The translations under genes were made by a program, and so were the position numbers. Below, piece after piece: positions 49,077 to 58,743 of a stretch of 64,000 nt of DNA. Position 1 is the stretch's first letter. Each line of letters begins with the position of its first letter. The notes under the pieces are model-generated. The model saw nothing but the letters and a program-made list of their open reading frames with translations, was not told the DNA's origin and made no database searches. Source of the stretch: Nibricoccus sp. (GTDB lineage: Bacteria > Verrucomicrobiota > Verrucomicrobiia > Opitutales > Opitutaceae); contig JASGHG010000001.1 of NCBI GenBank assembly GCA_047602425.1, positions 2,496,001 through 2,560,000 on the forward strand, written 5' to 3'.

Positions 49077-51428
49077 CTACGGTGCAGCGAGGCCCGGGTG
49101 GCCGACACTGTTGAGCCAGGCTTGGGCGGCGGCGGGGTTATTTTTCATCCAGTAGCGGGCAACACTTTCGATGGCCGACTGCCGCTGCTGGGGATTTTCG
49201 ATTTTTTCAGCCCAGCGCGAGGCGAACTCCGGACGCTCAACGGCAATCGCCTCCGTGTAGGAGGACAGAGCCTTGTCGCGACCCTGACCGGCCGGAAGAG
49301 CGAGGATCCATTTGCCGGTATTAACCGGATCCTGACGTCCCCAGTTTTCGGCGAGGGAGTTGACGGCGGTGTCACGGGCCTGGCCGGCCGGCAGCGTGGC
49401 CGCCCAATTGGCGGTGGACGTAGGATCGGATTTTGCCCAATTTTCAACGAGCACACCGACAGTGACGTCGTTGATTTCACCGCGCGGAAGGCGCGAGGCG
49501 AAGGCGGCCGCGTCCGACGGGCTGTATTGGGAGAGGGCAGAAACGAGGGCGTTGTTGAATTCCTGGCGAAACGCGCCGGGCGGCGTGGCGCGCGCGCTTT
49601 CCATCGCGGCTTGAGGGTTGTCGCGAGCCCACGATTGGGTGATATGACCGATGAGGTCGCTTTGGTTGTCGCCGGGAGGTATTTGCCGGGCGATCTGAAA
49701 ACTGGTGCCGGGATCGGAGTAGACCAGAATGGCACCGATGGTGGCTAGCGCGCCCTGTTTGAGCGGACCCTCGGGCAACTGGCCGGCCCAGGCGAGGGCC
49801 GAGGTGGAATCGTCCCTGGCCCATTGGTTCAGGGCGCCAGTTAGGGCATTGCTCCGAGCTTCTTCTGACGGCAGGGCAGCCGCCCAGGCGATGGCGGCGC
49901 GCGGGTCGGTTTGTGCGCGGGCTTCACCGATTTGAGTGAGCGCGGCGGTTTTGAGCGGGCTTTCCGGCAAGGACTCGATCCAGGCGAGGGCCTGATGCGG
50001 ATCTTCGCGGGCATAGCGTATTATGATGTTGGATACGGCGTCGCGCTGGAGATTGCCGCCGGGCGGGAGGGCTTGGGCGAAAACGGAAGCGAGTTCAGGA
50101 TCCTCGGCGGCCAGTTCGAGGCTGATGGACTTGAGAAGCTCGTTGCGTTCGCTGCCGGTGGAGGTGGTCATGACATGTTCGATGGCGGCATCGGCGTCTT
50201 GTTGGGCGAGGCGGCTGATTGCGGTTGTCAACGTGGTGGTGCGAACGTCTCCGGGCGGCAATTTGCCGGCAAGCGTCAGCGCCTCGCGCGGGTCATTGAG
50301 CGACCAGAGCAAAAGGACGTTGTTGACGATGGTGTTTTTCGCGGTGCCCTCGGGCAGATTTTGCGCATATTCGAGCGCTCCTTTGGCGTCGACGTTGGCC
50401 CAATTGCCGACGATATGACCGAGCACGGTGTCGCGCATGCCTCCGGCGGGAAGGCGTTCGGCGAATTGCAAGGCGCCTTGGGAATCGGTCGCAGGCCAGG
50501 CGGTCGCGGTCATGGTGAGAGCCGCGTTGCGGTCTAGGCCGGCGGGGAGATTGAGCGCATATTCGGCGGCCGCAGAAGGCTGACGCGCGGCCCAATTCAA
50601 CATGACAACGCTGAAAACGGATTTTTTGTCGGCTCCATCCGGCAGCGACGAGACCCAGGCGAGAGCGGCTTCGGGCTGATTCGTGCCCCAGGCGCGCGCA
50701 ATGGCTTCAAGGATGTTGCGACGCTCGACCGATGGAAGTTTGAGCTTGTCGGCGTGGGCAGCCGCCGCCGCAGGATCAGTCTCGGCCCACGTGTTGAAAA
50801 CGGTGGCATAAGCCTCTGAGCGTTGGTTCGGTGGAAGCTGGACAACCAGTTCGAGCGCGATGCGGGGGTTTTGCGAGGACAGGATGGGCAGGGCGAGAAG
50901 GATGGCGTCGTTCCTGACGGCGCCGGCGGGCAATTTGCGAATCCAGGCGGCGGCTTCGAGGGGATTGGTGCGCAGCCAGCCGTTGAGGGCGGCGAGGATC
51001 GAGGCTTCGCGCATGCGGGAAGGCGGAAGTTTTTCCGCGAAAGCGAGGGCAGCGGCGGGATCAAGTTCGGACCAGAGCCCAAGCAAGGTCCGACGGAGCT
51101 CTTCCTGCACGGGATTGAGGACAAGATGGCGGGCTCCGGCGATCAGCCGCGCGAGATCGGCACCGGAGAGGCGGCCGAGAATGGCCGACCACTCGCGTGT
51201 TTGTCGCCAGATCCCTCGCTTGCATTCGAGTTCCAGACGTTCGACCAGTTGGTCGATGGTGAGAGGTTGTGCCGAGCTCTCGGAGACCGTGCCGGAAGAC
51301 TGGGCGGAACCGGAAATTTTGCGTAGGGCGTCGTTGGATACGCGGTTGGCAGGTGCGGTGGCCCGACCGAACCAGAAGCCGGCGGCAATGGTGGCGGCGA
51401 GGGCAAAGGTGAGCGCAAGGGGTTTCAT
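49077..51428 (-). CDS. Exported/membrane-anchored alpha-solenoid protein with about 21 x 32-aa repeats
   Basis: N-terminal hydrophobic segment ending GFWFGR; repeat W-x3-DP-x-AA-x2-W-x3-LP-x-G-x2-R. Confidence 0.8.
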   Translation of the reverse strand: MKPLALTFALAATIAAGFWFGRATAPANRVSNDALRKISGSAQSSGTVSESSAQPLTIDQLVERLELECKRGIWRQTREWSAILGRLSGADLARLIAGARHLVLNPVQEELRRTLLGLWSELDPAAALAFAEKLPPSRMREASILAALNGWLRTNPLEAAAWIRKLPAGAVRNDAILLALPILSSQNPRIALELVVQLPPNQRSEAYATVFNTWAETDPAAAAAHADKLKLPSVERRNILEAIARAWGTNQPEAALAWVSSLPDGADKKSVFSVVMLNWAARQPSAAAEYALNLPAGLDRNAALTMTATAWPATDSQGALQFAERLPAGGMRDTVLGHIVGNWANVDAKGALEYAQNLPEGTAKNTIVNNVLLLWSLNDPREALTLAGKLPPGDVRTTTLTTAISRLAQQDADAAIEHVMTTSTGSERNELLKSISLELAAEDPELASVFAQALPPGGNLQRDAVSNIIIRYAREDPHQALAWIESLPESPLKTAALTQIGEARAQTDPRAAIAWAAALPSEEARSNALTGALNQWARDDSTSALAWAGQLPEGPLKQGALATIGAILVYSDPGTSFQIARQIPPGDNQSDLIGHITQSWARDNPQAAMESARATPPGAFRQEFNNALVSALSQYSPSDAAAFASRLPRGEINDVTVGVLVENWAKSDPTSTANWAATLPAGQARDTAVNSLAENWGRQDPVNTGKWILALPAGQGRDKALSSYTEAIAVERPEFASRWAEKIENPQQRQSAIESVARYWMKNNPAAAQAWLNSVGHPGLAAP

Positions 51429-53341
51429 GGCGAGGAAGTGGGGAGGGCGGCGCGATAATTTTGAAGTTGTGCGCGCAAGGCCGCGGTTTGCGCGGAATCG
51501 CCGGCGGAGGAGGCGAGCGCCAGGGCGTGTTCCACCGAGGCAATCGCCTCCTGCTCGCGGCCTTGCTGGTGATAAGCGAGAGCGAGGTTCGCGTGGGCGT
51601 GGATCAAGGCGGGTTGGAGGTGGATGACGGTTGTGAAACGTTCGATGGCGGCGTCGATCTGGCCATCCTGGAGAAGCGTCCAGCCGAGGTTGTTGAGGAA
51701 TTCGATATTTTGCGGCCGGAGCGTGGCGGCAATGGTCAGATGCAAGAGCGCGTCGGAGAGTTGTTGTTTTTGAAACAAAATCAGGCCGAGGTGATAGTGG
51801 GCTTCGGCGAAATCGGAATTGAGCTCAAGCGCGCGCTGGGCGGACGCAGTGGCTTCGTCAAGTCGACCGAGTCGCAGCAAGCCGTGGGCAAGATCGGCGT
51901 GAGCCTTGGGCTCGTTGGGCTCGATTTCGATGGCGCGTCGGAAATGAGCCAGGGCCTCTTCGCTTTGGCCCTTTTGCAGCAACGCGTGGGCGAGGTTGCC
52001 ATGGGCGTTGCCGTGATTGGGAAGGATTTCGAGTGCGGTGCGAAAATGAACGATGGCCTGGTCGATGTTGCCTTGTTGGAGAAAAATCGCGCCGAGATTG
52101 TTGTGACCCATGAAGGAGCGCGGATTTTTTTCGATGGTAGTCTGCCAGAGAGATCGAAGGTCCTTGTACATGTGGCTCTGGCGAAAGGTTGCGGCGGCGC
52201 AGGCCAGGAGGATGACAGCGGAAAGCCCGAGGCGCAGAGCGGGGAGACGAAGGGAATGAAGGCCGGCGGCGAGCAAAGCGGCGGGGCCGAGCAGGGCGAC
52301 GTAGACGTAGTGATCGGCGACGAACGTGTACTTGAAAGTGTACAGCATGATGAAACCCAGGAGCGGGCTGAGCATGGCGGCAAACCAGACCAATGCCGTG
52401 CCAGGCCCGCGGCCGAACTGTTTACGCAGAAGGAAAAGCACTGCGGTGAGCGCGAGCAGAAGAATTAGCCAGACGTAGGCGAGCAGGGAAGCGGCGTCGA
52501 TTTTCCAGAGCGGATAGGAAAAGGTGAGGTCGACGGGCCAAAGGAATTTGCCGAGGTAAAAACAAAGCGAGCGGCTGGCGATGAGCAGGCGGTCGAGCGC
52601 GTTGTAGGAAAAGGCGACGGCGCCGGTGCCCTGGTGATGACGCTCCCACCAAACCGTGAGCAGTCCCATGGCCAGGCTGAGCAAAACGAACGGCGCAAGC
52701 TGCAGCCACCGGCGAAGGTCGATGGGTTTATGCTTGAGCCAGAGAATCAAAACGAGGGCGGCGGGCAAAGTGCAGGCGGTGGTTTTGCTCAGCAGCGCAA
52801 GCGCGTGAAAAAGCAAAGCGAGCGCGTACCAGCGCCAGGGCTTCGGTCGCTCGGCCCACTCAAGCCACGCGAGCAAGGCGAGCAGGAAAAAGAAAAGCGA
52901 CTGGACGTTTTTAAGCTCGGTGATCCAGGCGACGGACTCGACCTGCAGCGGATGCAGGGCGAAAACTGCCGCGCCGAACCAGGCGCCAGGAAGAGAAAGC
53001 CGTGCAAGCAGGCGCCAGACCAGCAAGGCGTTGACGGCGTGAAGCAGGATGTTGACCCAGTGGTAGCCGGCGGGATTGAGCGCCCAAAGCGAATATTGCA
53101 AACGGAAGCTGGAGTAGGTGAGCGGAAAATACTGCGAAGGCGAATCGGTGGAAAACCAGATGCGCCAAAGACCGTCCGGTGCGCTGAGCAGAGGATTATT
53201 GGTGACGTAATCGTCGTCGTCCCAGATGAAACCCGCGGTCCACGCCGGCTGATACGCCAGCACGACCATCGCAACCAAAACCAAACCCAAGAGCCACGGT
53301 AGAAGGCGTCGCATGGAAATATTTTTCGTGAACGGGGTCAT
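51425..53341 (-). CDS. TMTC-like membrane glycosyltransferase (GT-C) with C-terminal TPRs
   Basis: WDDDDY, FALHPLQVESVAWITE, ADHYVYV, then TPRs; ATGA overlaps with both neighbours. Confidence 0.85.
   Translation of the reverse strand: MTPFTKNISMRRLLPWLLGLVLVAMVVLAYQPAWTAGFIWDDDDYVTNNPLLSAPDGLWRIWFSTDSPSQYFPLTYSSFRLQYSLWALNPAGYHWVNILLHAVNALLVWRLLARLSLPGAWFGAAVFALHPLQVESVAWITELKNVQSLFFFLLALLAWLEWAERPKPWRWYALALLFHALALLSKTTACTLPAALVLILWLKHKPIDLRRWLQLAPFVLLSLAMGLLTVWWERHHQGTGAVAFSYNALDRLLIASRSLCFYLGKFLWPVDLTFSYPLWKIDAASLLAYVWLILLLALTAVLFLLRKQFGRGPGTALVWFAAMLSPLLGFIMLYTFKYTFVADHYVYVALLGPAALLAAGLHSLRLPALRLGLSAVILLACAAATFRQSHMYKDLRSLWQTTIEKNPRSFMGHNNLGAIFLQQGNIDQAIVHFRTALEILPNHGNAHGNLAHALLQKGQSEEALAHFRRAIEIEPNEPKAHADLAHGLLRLGRLDEATASAQRALELNSDFAEAHYHLGLILFQKQQLSDALLHLTIAATLRPQNIEFLNNLGWTLLQDGQIDAAIERFTTVIHLQPALIHAHANLALAYHQQGREQEAIASVEHALALASSAGDSAQTAALRAQLQNYRAALPTSSP
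52120..53298. repeat. Copy 1 of a ~1.18-kb direct repeat (TMTC-like membrane domain)
   Basis: Near-identical to 54030-55208 at a constant offset of 1910 nt. Confidence 0.92.
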
Positions 53342-55314
53342 GACCTGTGCTCGCGGCAGGCGGCGAGCTGAGCTTGAAGCGTTTCCTTGAGCGAAAGGTC
53401 GGGCTGTTTTTCCAGAAGCTTGAGCGCGCGTTCCAGCACCGTGGCGGCCTCGTCGGGGCGGCCTGTTTGGAGAAGGGCATAGGCTAGGTTGCTGTGGCTC
53501 TGGATATTTGTTGGGGCAAGTTCTAGTGCGTGCTGAAAATGAACGACAGCCTCGCCGAGGCGCTGTTGGCGCAGGCAGGCGCTGGCGAGATTGGTGTGGA
53601 TGTCGGGATCGGTGGGATTGCTCGCGAGCGACGCTTGATATTCACGAATCGCCTCGTCGAAAGCGCCTTTGTCGAAATAGGCATTGCCGAGATTGTAGTG
53701 GGCATTGGCGTGCGCTGGGGCGAGGGCGATGGCCTTTTGAAAACAATGCATGGCGGCATCTAGGTCGCCCTTGCGACGCAAGGCGCTGCCGAGATTGTTG
53801 TGGGCGTCGGCGAGGTCTGGCTGCGTCTCGACCGCTTTTTGTAGTTGAAAAATGGATTCATCAACGCGACCGAGTTGAAGGAGCGCATTGCCCTGATTGA
53901 TGTGGCTGAGCGCGCGGTCGGACTGGGGCGGGTCGAGAGCAAGGGCTTCTTGCGCGTGCCGGAGAGCCTCGTCCGCGTGTCCCTTGGCGAGAAGAGCCGC
54001 ACTGAGATTGTTGTGCGCGATGTGCGACGCCGGATTTTTTTCGATGGTGGTCTGCCAGAGGGATTGAAGGTTTTTGTACATGTGGCTCTGGCGAAAGGTT
54101 GCGCCGGCGCAGGCCAGGAGGATGACAGCGGAAAGCCCGAGGCGCAGAGCCGGGAGACGAAGGGAATGAAGGCCGGCGGCGAGCAGGGCGGCGGGGCCGA
54201 GCAGGGCGACATAAACGTAGTGATCGGCGACAAACGTGTACTTGAAAGTGTACAGCATGATGAAGCCGAGCAGGGGGCTGAGCATGGAGGCAAACCAGAC
54301 CAGCGCCGTGCCAGGCCCGCGGCCGAACTGTTTACGCAGAAGGAAAAGCACTGCGGTGAGCGCGAGCAGAAGAATCAGCCAGGCATAGGCGAGCAGAGAA
54401 GCCGCGTCGATTTTCCAGAGCGGATAGGAAAAGGTGAGGTCGACGGGCCAAAGGAATTTGCCGAGGTAAAAACAAAGCGAGCGGCTGGCGATGAGCAGAC
54501 GGTCGAGCGCGTTGTAGGAAAAAGCGACCGCGCCGGTGCCCTGGTGATGACGCTCCCACCAAACCGTGAGCAGTCCCATGGCCAGGCTGAGCAAAACGAA
54601 CGGCGCAATCTGCAGCCACCGGCGAAGGTCAATGGGTTTATGTTTGAGCCAAAGAATCAAAACGAGGGCGGCGGGCAAAGTGCAGGCGGTGGTTTTGCTC
54701 AGCAGCGCAAGCGCGTGAAAAAGCAAAGCGAGCGCATACCAGCGCCAGGGCTTCGGTCGCTCGGCCCACTCAAGCCACGCGAGCAAGGCGAGCAGGAAAA
54801 AGAAAAGCGACTGCACGTTTTTAAGCTCGGTGATCCAGGCGACCGACTCGACTTGAAGAGGATGCAAGGCGAAAACCGCCGCGCCGAACCAGGCGCCAGG
54901 AAGAGAAAGCCGTGCAAGCAGGCGCCAGACCAGCAGGGCGTTGACGGCGTGAAGCAGGATGTTGACCCAGTGGTAGCCGGCGGGATTGAGCTGCCAAAGC
55001 GAATATTGCAAACGGAAGCTGGAGTAAGTGAGCGGAAAATACTGCGAAGGCGAATCGGTGGAAAACCAGATGCGCCAAAGACCGTCCGGCGCGCTGAGCA
55101 GAGGATTGTTGGTGACGTAATCGTCGTCGTCCCAGATGAAACCCGCTGTCCACGCCGGTTGATACGCCAGCACGACCATCGCAGCCAAAACCAAACCCAA
55201 GAGCCACGACTGGATCGAAGGGCTTAATGAACCGAGGGGCTGGAAAGCGGTAGGCTTTGGGGTGGTTTCAGGCATTGGCAGGGTTTTTGCCACAGGGAGC
55301 ACGGAGCTCTTCAT
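53338..55314 (-). CDS. TMTC-like membrane glycosyltransferase (GT-C) with C-terminal TPRs
   Basis: Membrane domain almost identical to 51425-53341; different TPR tail. Confidence 0.85.
   Translation of the reverse strand: MKSSVLPVAKTLPMPETTPKPTAFQPLGSLSPSIQSWLLGLVLAAMVVLAYQPAWTAGFIWDDDDYVTNNPLLSAPDGLWRIWFSTDSPSQYFPLTYSSFRLQYSLWQLNPAGYHWVNILLHAVNALLVWRLLARLSLPGAWFGAAVFALHPLQVESVAWITELKNVQSLFFFLLALLAWLEWAERPKPWRWYALALLFHALALLSKTTACTLPAALVLILWLKHKPIDLRRWLQIAPFVLLSLAMGLLTVWWERHHQGTGAVAFSYNALDRLLIASRSLCFYLGKFLWPVDLTFSYPLWKIDAASLLAYAWLILLLALTAVLFLLRKQFGRGPGTALVWFASMLSPLLGFIMLYTFKYTFVADHYVYVALLGPAALLAAGLHSLRLPALRLGLSAVILLACAGATFRQSHMYKNLQSLWQTTIEKNPASHIAHNNLSAALLAKGHADEALRHAQEALALDPPQSDRALSHINQGNALLQLGRVDESIFQLQKAVETQPDLADAHNNLGSALRRKGDLDAAMHCFQKAIALAPAHANAHYNLGNAYFDKGAFDEAIREYQASLASNPTDPDIHTNLASACLRQQRLGEAVVHFQHALELAPTNIQSHSNLAYALLQTGRPDEAATVLERALKLLEKQPDLSLKETLQAQLAACREHRS
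54030..55208. repeat. Copy 2 of the ~1.18-kb direct repeat
   Basis: For example, CCCAGATGAAACCCGC occurs at 53221 and 55131, and CGGATTTTTTTCGATGGT at 52121 and 54031. Confidence 0.92.
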
Positions 55315-55428
55315 GGGCTCAGGGCCTTGAGCGAAGTCGAAACGGCTTGGACGCAGAGGTCACGGTGATCGGAGGGAAGCGGACGGTGGTAAACGTTTGT
55401 AGGGGAGGACTGGTTTTGGGCGAATTTT

Positions 55429-57726
55429 TTAAGGGTTCGAACCGACGATCGACTTGAGCCAGGCAGACGCGGCGTAGGGGTCGGTTTTTTGCCAGATGGC
55501 CGCCACGGACTCGGCGGCCTTTTTTCGTTCCGCCGGCGTGGCAATGGCGGTCACCCATTTCGCGGCAGACTCGGGTTGTTTCTGTGCGATTTGTTCGGCA
55601 TAGGCTCCATACGCGATGTCGCGCGCTCCGTCGGGTGGCAGAGTATTGAGCCATTGGCCGGCCTTGCTGGCGTCGGTGCGGCCCCACTGCTCGGCGATGT
55701 TGCGCAGGGCGAAGTCACGCACGGCGCCCGGTGCGAACTGACTGGCCCAGGAGGCTGTCGCCGAGGGATCGGAAATCGCCCAGTGCACGACTACGTCGTT
55801 GATCGCATTGTTTTTCACATCGGATGGCGGCAACGTGGCGACGAGTGCGGCGGCCTCGGGCGGGGCGGTTTGCGAAAAATAGGAAACGAGGCTGCTGATA
55901 AACTCGGTGCGGGTCTGACCCGGTGGCAGTTGCTGGGCGCGCTGCAGGGCGGTGTTCGGGTCCTGGCGAACCCATTCGAGGGCGACTGTATTCAAAATTC
56001 CATACTGGTCGGCGCCGGGTTGGATCTTAAGTGCGAGGGCGAAACCCGCGGCGGGGTCCATGCCCGCGAGATGCCCGCTCACGGCGGTGAGGGCATTGTG
56101 ACGCGCAAGTCCCTCGGGCTGTTCCAGCGCCCAATTCGTGGCAGTGAGGGCGTCGGTTTTCACCCATTCAGCCAGCGTTTTCTCCAAGACACGGGTTCGG
56201 CCTTCGTTTTCCGGCAGCGATGACGCCCAGGCGACGGCGGCCTGGGGATTTGTCGCGACGAGGCTGGTGGCGATTTGCGAGAGGGCGATATTTTTGCTCA
56301 TGCCGTCGGGCAGGGAGCGGGCCCAAGTGATGGCTTGTTGCGGATCGGCCTTGGCGAGTCCGTCGGCGATGTAGTTGACGGCTTTGCCCTGCTCCTCACT
56401 GGGAGGCATCAGCACGGCGAAACGAGAAGCCGTCTTCGCGTCGCTGGCGGCGAGGTTCATGGTCACAGTTTGCAGGATGGTGTCGCGTTCGCTGCCGGCA
56501 GGAGTTTTGCGAATGAAATTGAGGGCGGCGTCCGGGTCCTGTTGTGCGAGTTGGCTGAGGACGGATTTGAGCGCGGTGGTGCGAATGCTGTTGGGCGGCA
56601 GGCTGGCGGCGCTGGCGAGAGCGGCGTTGGGATCGTCGCTGGCCCAGCGGCTCATGATGCTGTCGATCACATCGCCCTGGGTGGCGCTGGCGGGAAGGTT
56701 GCGCGCGTAGGCAAACGCGGACGCGGGATCGAGGTTGGCCCAATTGGCGATGAGATCGCGGGTGAAAATATTGCGGTTGCCGCCGGCGGGGAGGTTTTCG
56801 GCGAAGCGCACGGCGCCCTGGGGGTCGGAAGCGGGCCAATGGGAAGCGATCATGGTGATCGCGGCGCCGCGCTCTGAACCAGGAGGTAGAGACAAAGCAT
56901 AACCGGCGGCGGCGGTGGGATCGGCTGACGCCCAGTCGGAAAGGATGCGATTAAACGCGGTGGTGCGCATGCCGCCTTCCGGCAGGCCGCCGGCCCAGGC
57001 GAGCGCACTGCGGGGATCGCGCGCGCCCCACGCGGCGGCGATGGCGTCGTGAACGGAAGTGCGATCGGACGGGTTGAGCTTGAGCGTGGCTGCAAACGCG
57101 GCGGCGGCCTTGGGATCCTTGGAGGCCCAGGTTTTGAAAATGGCCGCGTAGCCGGAAGAGCGCATGGTGACCGGAAGCTCTTCGAGAAGGGCAAGGGCGG
57201 CGTGTGGATCTTTGGCGGCGAGGTGGGGCAGCGCGAGATTGAGGGCCTCGTATTTCAGCGGGCCGGTCGGAAGCTGCCGAATCCAGGCGATGGCGGCGTC
57301 CTGTTTGGCGGTGAGCCAGGTTTGGAGAATGGCGACCATGCTCGTTTCGCGCATCACGGGGTCGGTGAACGCCGAGGCAAACGCGATCGCCGCGGGAGCA
57401 TCTCCTTCCCCCCAGCACGCAAGGAGCGTGCGGCGCAATTCGTTTTGGGCGGGCGCGGTCAGCCGGGAGCGGACGCGGGCGACAAGGCGGGAAAGCTCGG
57501 TCGGGGTGAACGAGCGCAGAAGACGCTCCCACTCGCGACTGGCGCGCCAGATCCCCTGCCGGCAGGCGGCATCGATCTCCGCGGCGGCCTGGGCAACGGG
57601 ATCGGCGACGGCGGTTTGGGTGTGATCAGTGGTTTTGGTTGTGTCCGGACGCCAGAAGCGACCGAACCAGAATCCTGCGGCAAGACCGAGGGCGAGCAGG
57701 CATGCGGGTAGAACAGCCTTTTTCAT
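55429..57726 (-). CDS. Exported/membrane-anchored alpha-solenoid protein with about 21 x 32-aa repeats (paralogue of 49077-51428)
   Basis: Same GFWFGR anchor, CxxGIWRxxREW motif and collinear repeats. Confidence 0.8.
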   Translation of the reverse strand: MKKAVLPACLLALGLAAGFWFGRFWRPDTTKTTDHTQTAVADPVAQAAAEIDAACRQGIWRASREWERLLRSFTPTELSRLVARVRSRLTAPAQNELRRTLLACWGEGDAPAAIAFASAFTDPVMRETSMVAILQTWLTAKQDAAIAWIRQLPTGPLKYEALNLALPHLAAKDPHAALALLEELPVTMRSSGYAAIFKTWASKDPKAAAAFAATLKLNPSDRTSVHDAIAAAWGARDPRSALAWAGGLPEGGMRTTAFNRILSDWASADPTAAAGYALSLPPGSERGAAITMIASHWPASDPQGAVRFAENLPAGGNRNIFTRDLIANWANLDPASAFAYARNLPASATQGDVIDSIMSRWASDDPNAALASAASLPPNSIRTTALKSVLSQLAQQDPDAALNFIRKTPAGSERDTILQTVTMNLAASDAKTASRFAVLMPPSEEQGKAVNYIADGLAKADPQQAITWARSLPDGMSKNIALSQIATSLVATNPQAAVAWASSLPENEGRTRVLEKTLAEWVKTDALTATNWALEQPEGLARHNALTAVSGHLAGMDPAAGFALALKIQPGADQYGILNTVALEWVRQDPNTALQRAQQLPPGQTRTEFISSLVSYFSQTAPPEAAALVATLPPSDVKNNAINDVVVHWAISDPSATASWASQFAPGAVRDFALRNIAEQWGRTDASKAGQWLNTLPPDGARDIAYGAYAEQIAQKQPESAAKWVTAIATPAERKKAAESVAAIWQKTDPYAASAWLKSIVGSNP

Positions 57727-57744
57727 GGGGCGGTATCTATAGAT

Positions 57745-57777
57745 AAAAAAGCCGCAGCGCCAAGCAGGTGCCGCGGC
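57745..57777 (-). terminator. Rho-independent terminator
   Basis: Minus strand reads GCCGCGGCAC-loop-GCGCTGCGGC followed by TTTTTT, about 34 nt after the stop at 57811. Confidence 0.75.
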
Positions 57778-57810
57778 CTTGGAGGTTAAAAGATGAAGGT
57801 CAGCGGAAGC

Positions 57811-58743
57811 TTATTTGCAGGTCACGTTGATCGAGTTGCCGCCGCCGTCGGAGCTGATGGCGGAGCAAGGATGGCAGTTCGTGACGGTGCCGGAATTGAC
57901 CTTGGAGTTGGAGGCGGTCTGGAGCCAGACGCCATGGCTGCTGCAGTTGGTGGCGTTCACCGTGCTGATGGTGGTGCCGCCGCTGCCGGAAACCGAGAAG
58001 AAGCCGCGGCCGCAGCTGGTCGAATTGACCGTGCCGAGGGTGGTGCTCTTGTTGGTGTTGGCGACGCGGAAGCCGGCGTAGCCGCCGCCGTAATTGCAAC
58101 GAGTGCCGTTGACGGCGGTGCCGTTGGCGCTGCTCGAGTAGTTCAGGAGCATGCCGCAAGCGCCGCGATCGGTGGCGTTGACGGTGTTCCACGAAACGCC
58201 GGAGATGCCGTAGGTTTCGACGCCATTGTCGCCGCCGGCGGTGAGCTTGACCTGGCCGAAGGTGAAGTTGGAGCCGCCGCCGCCTTTGCAATTATCGATG
58301 CGGTAGGCGATGCCGGAGGTGCCGTGCGTCGAACTGAACGACGTGCCTTGGCAGGTGCTGAAGTACATGCCGAAGTAAGCCGAACCAGCCATGTTGATAT
58401 TGTCGCAACCGGTGCTGGAGATGTTGGCGCCGCGAACGATGCCGCCGGTGCCGGAGCCCGTGAGGGTGACGCCGTTGCCGTTAACGCGGATGTTGCTCTT
58501 GACGTTGATCTGGCCGGTGCTGCCGGAGTTGCGGATATTGACGGTGCCGGAACTCATGGCGGCGACGCAGGCGTTGGCCGCGGCGGCGAGACTGGAACCG
58601 GTGTATTTGGTGACGCCATCGACTTTGCCCGTCCACGTGCTGCCGGAAAGGGTGACTTCACCGGTGGCTGCGAACGCGCTGGGACTAACAACAAGGCCGA
58701 CAAGGGCCGCGATAGACATGATCTTCGAGAACGAAGTTTTCAT
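57811..58743 (-). CDS. Secreted Ser/Thr/Gly/Asn-rich protein, probable right-handed parallel beta-helix
   Basis: Signal peptide ending SAFA; beta-helix-like segments RIDN, VETYGI, GMLLN, GYAGFRVAN and GRGFFSVSGSGG; many Cys. Confidence 0.75.
   Translation of the reverse strand: MKTSFSKIMSIAALVGLVVSPSAFAATGEVTLSGSTWTGKVDGVTKYTGSSLAAAANACVAAMSSGTVNIRNSGSTGQINVKSNIRVNGNGVTLTGSGTGGIVRGANISSTGCDNINMAGSAYFGMYFSTCQGTSFSSTHGTSGIAYRIDNCKGGGGSNFTFGQVKLTAGGDNGVETYGISGVSWNTVNATDRGACGMLLNYSSSANGTAVNGTRCNYGGGYAGFRVANTNKSTTLGTVNSTSCGRGFFSVSGSGGTTISTVNATNCSSHGVWLQTASNSKVNSGTVTNCHPCSAISSDGGGNSINVTCK

Noticed and set aside
49077..57726. Periodic sequence as a CRISPR array or DNA tandem repeat
   Set aside because: The periodicity is at the protein level (32-aa and TPR repeats) with divergent DNA; there are no identical repeat-spacer units and no cas genes.
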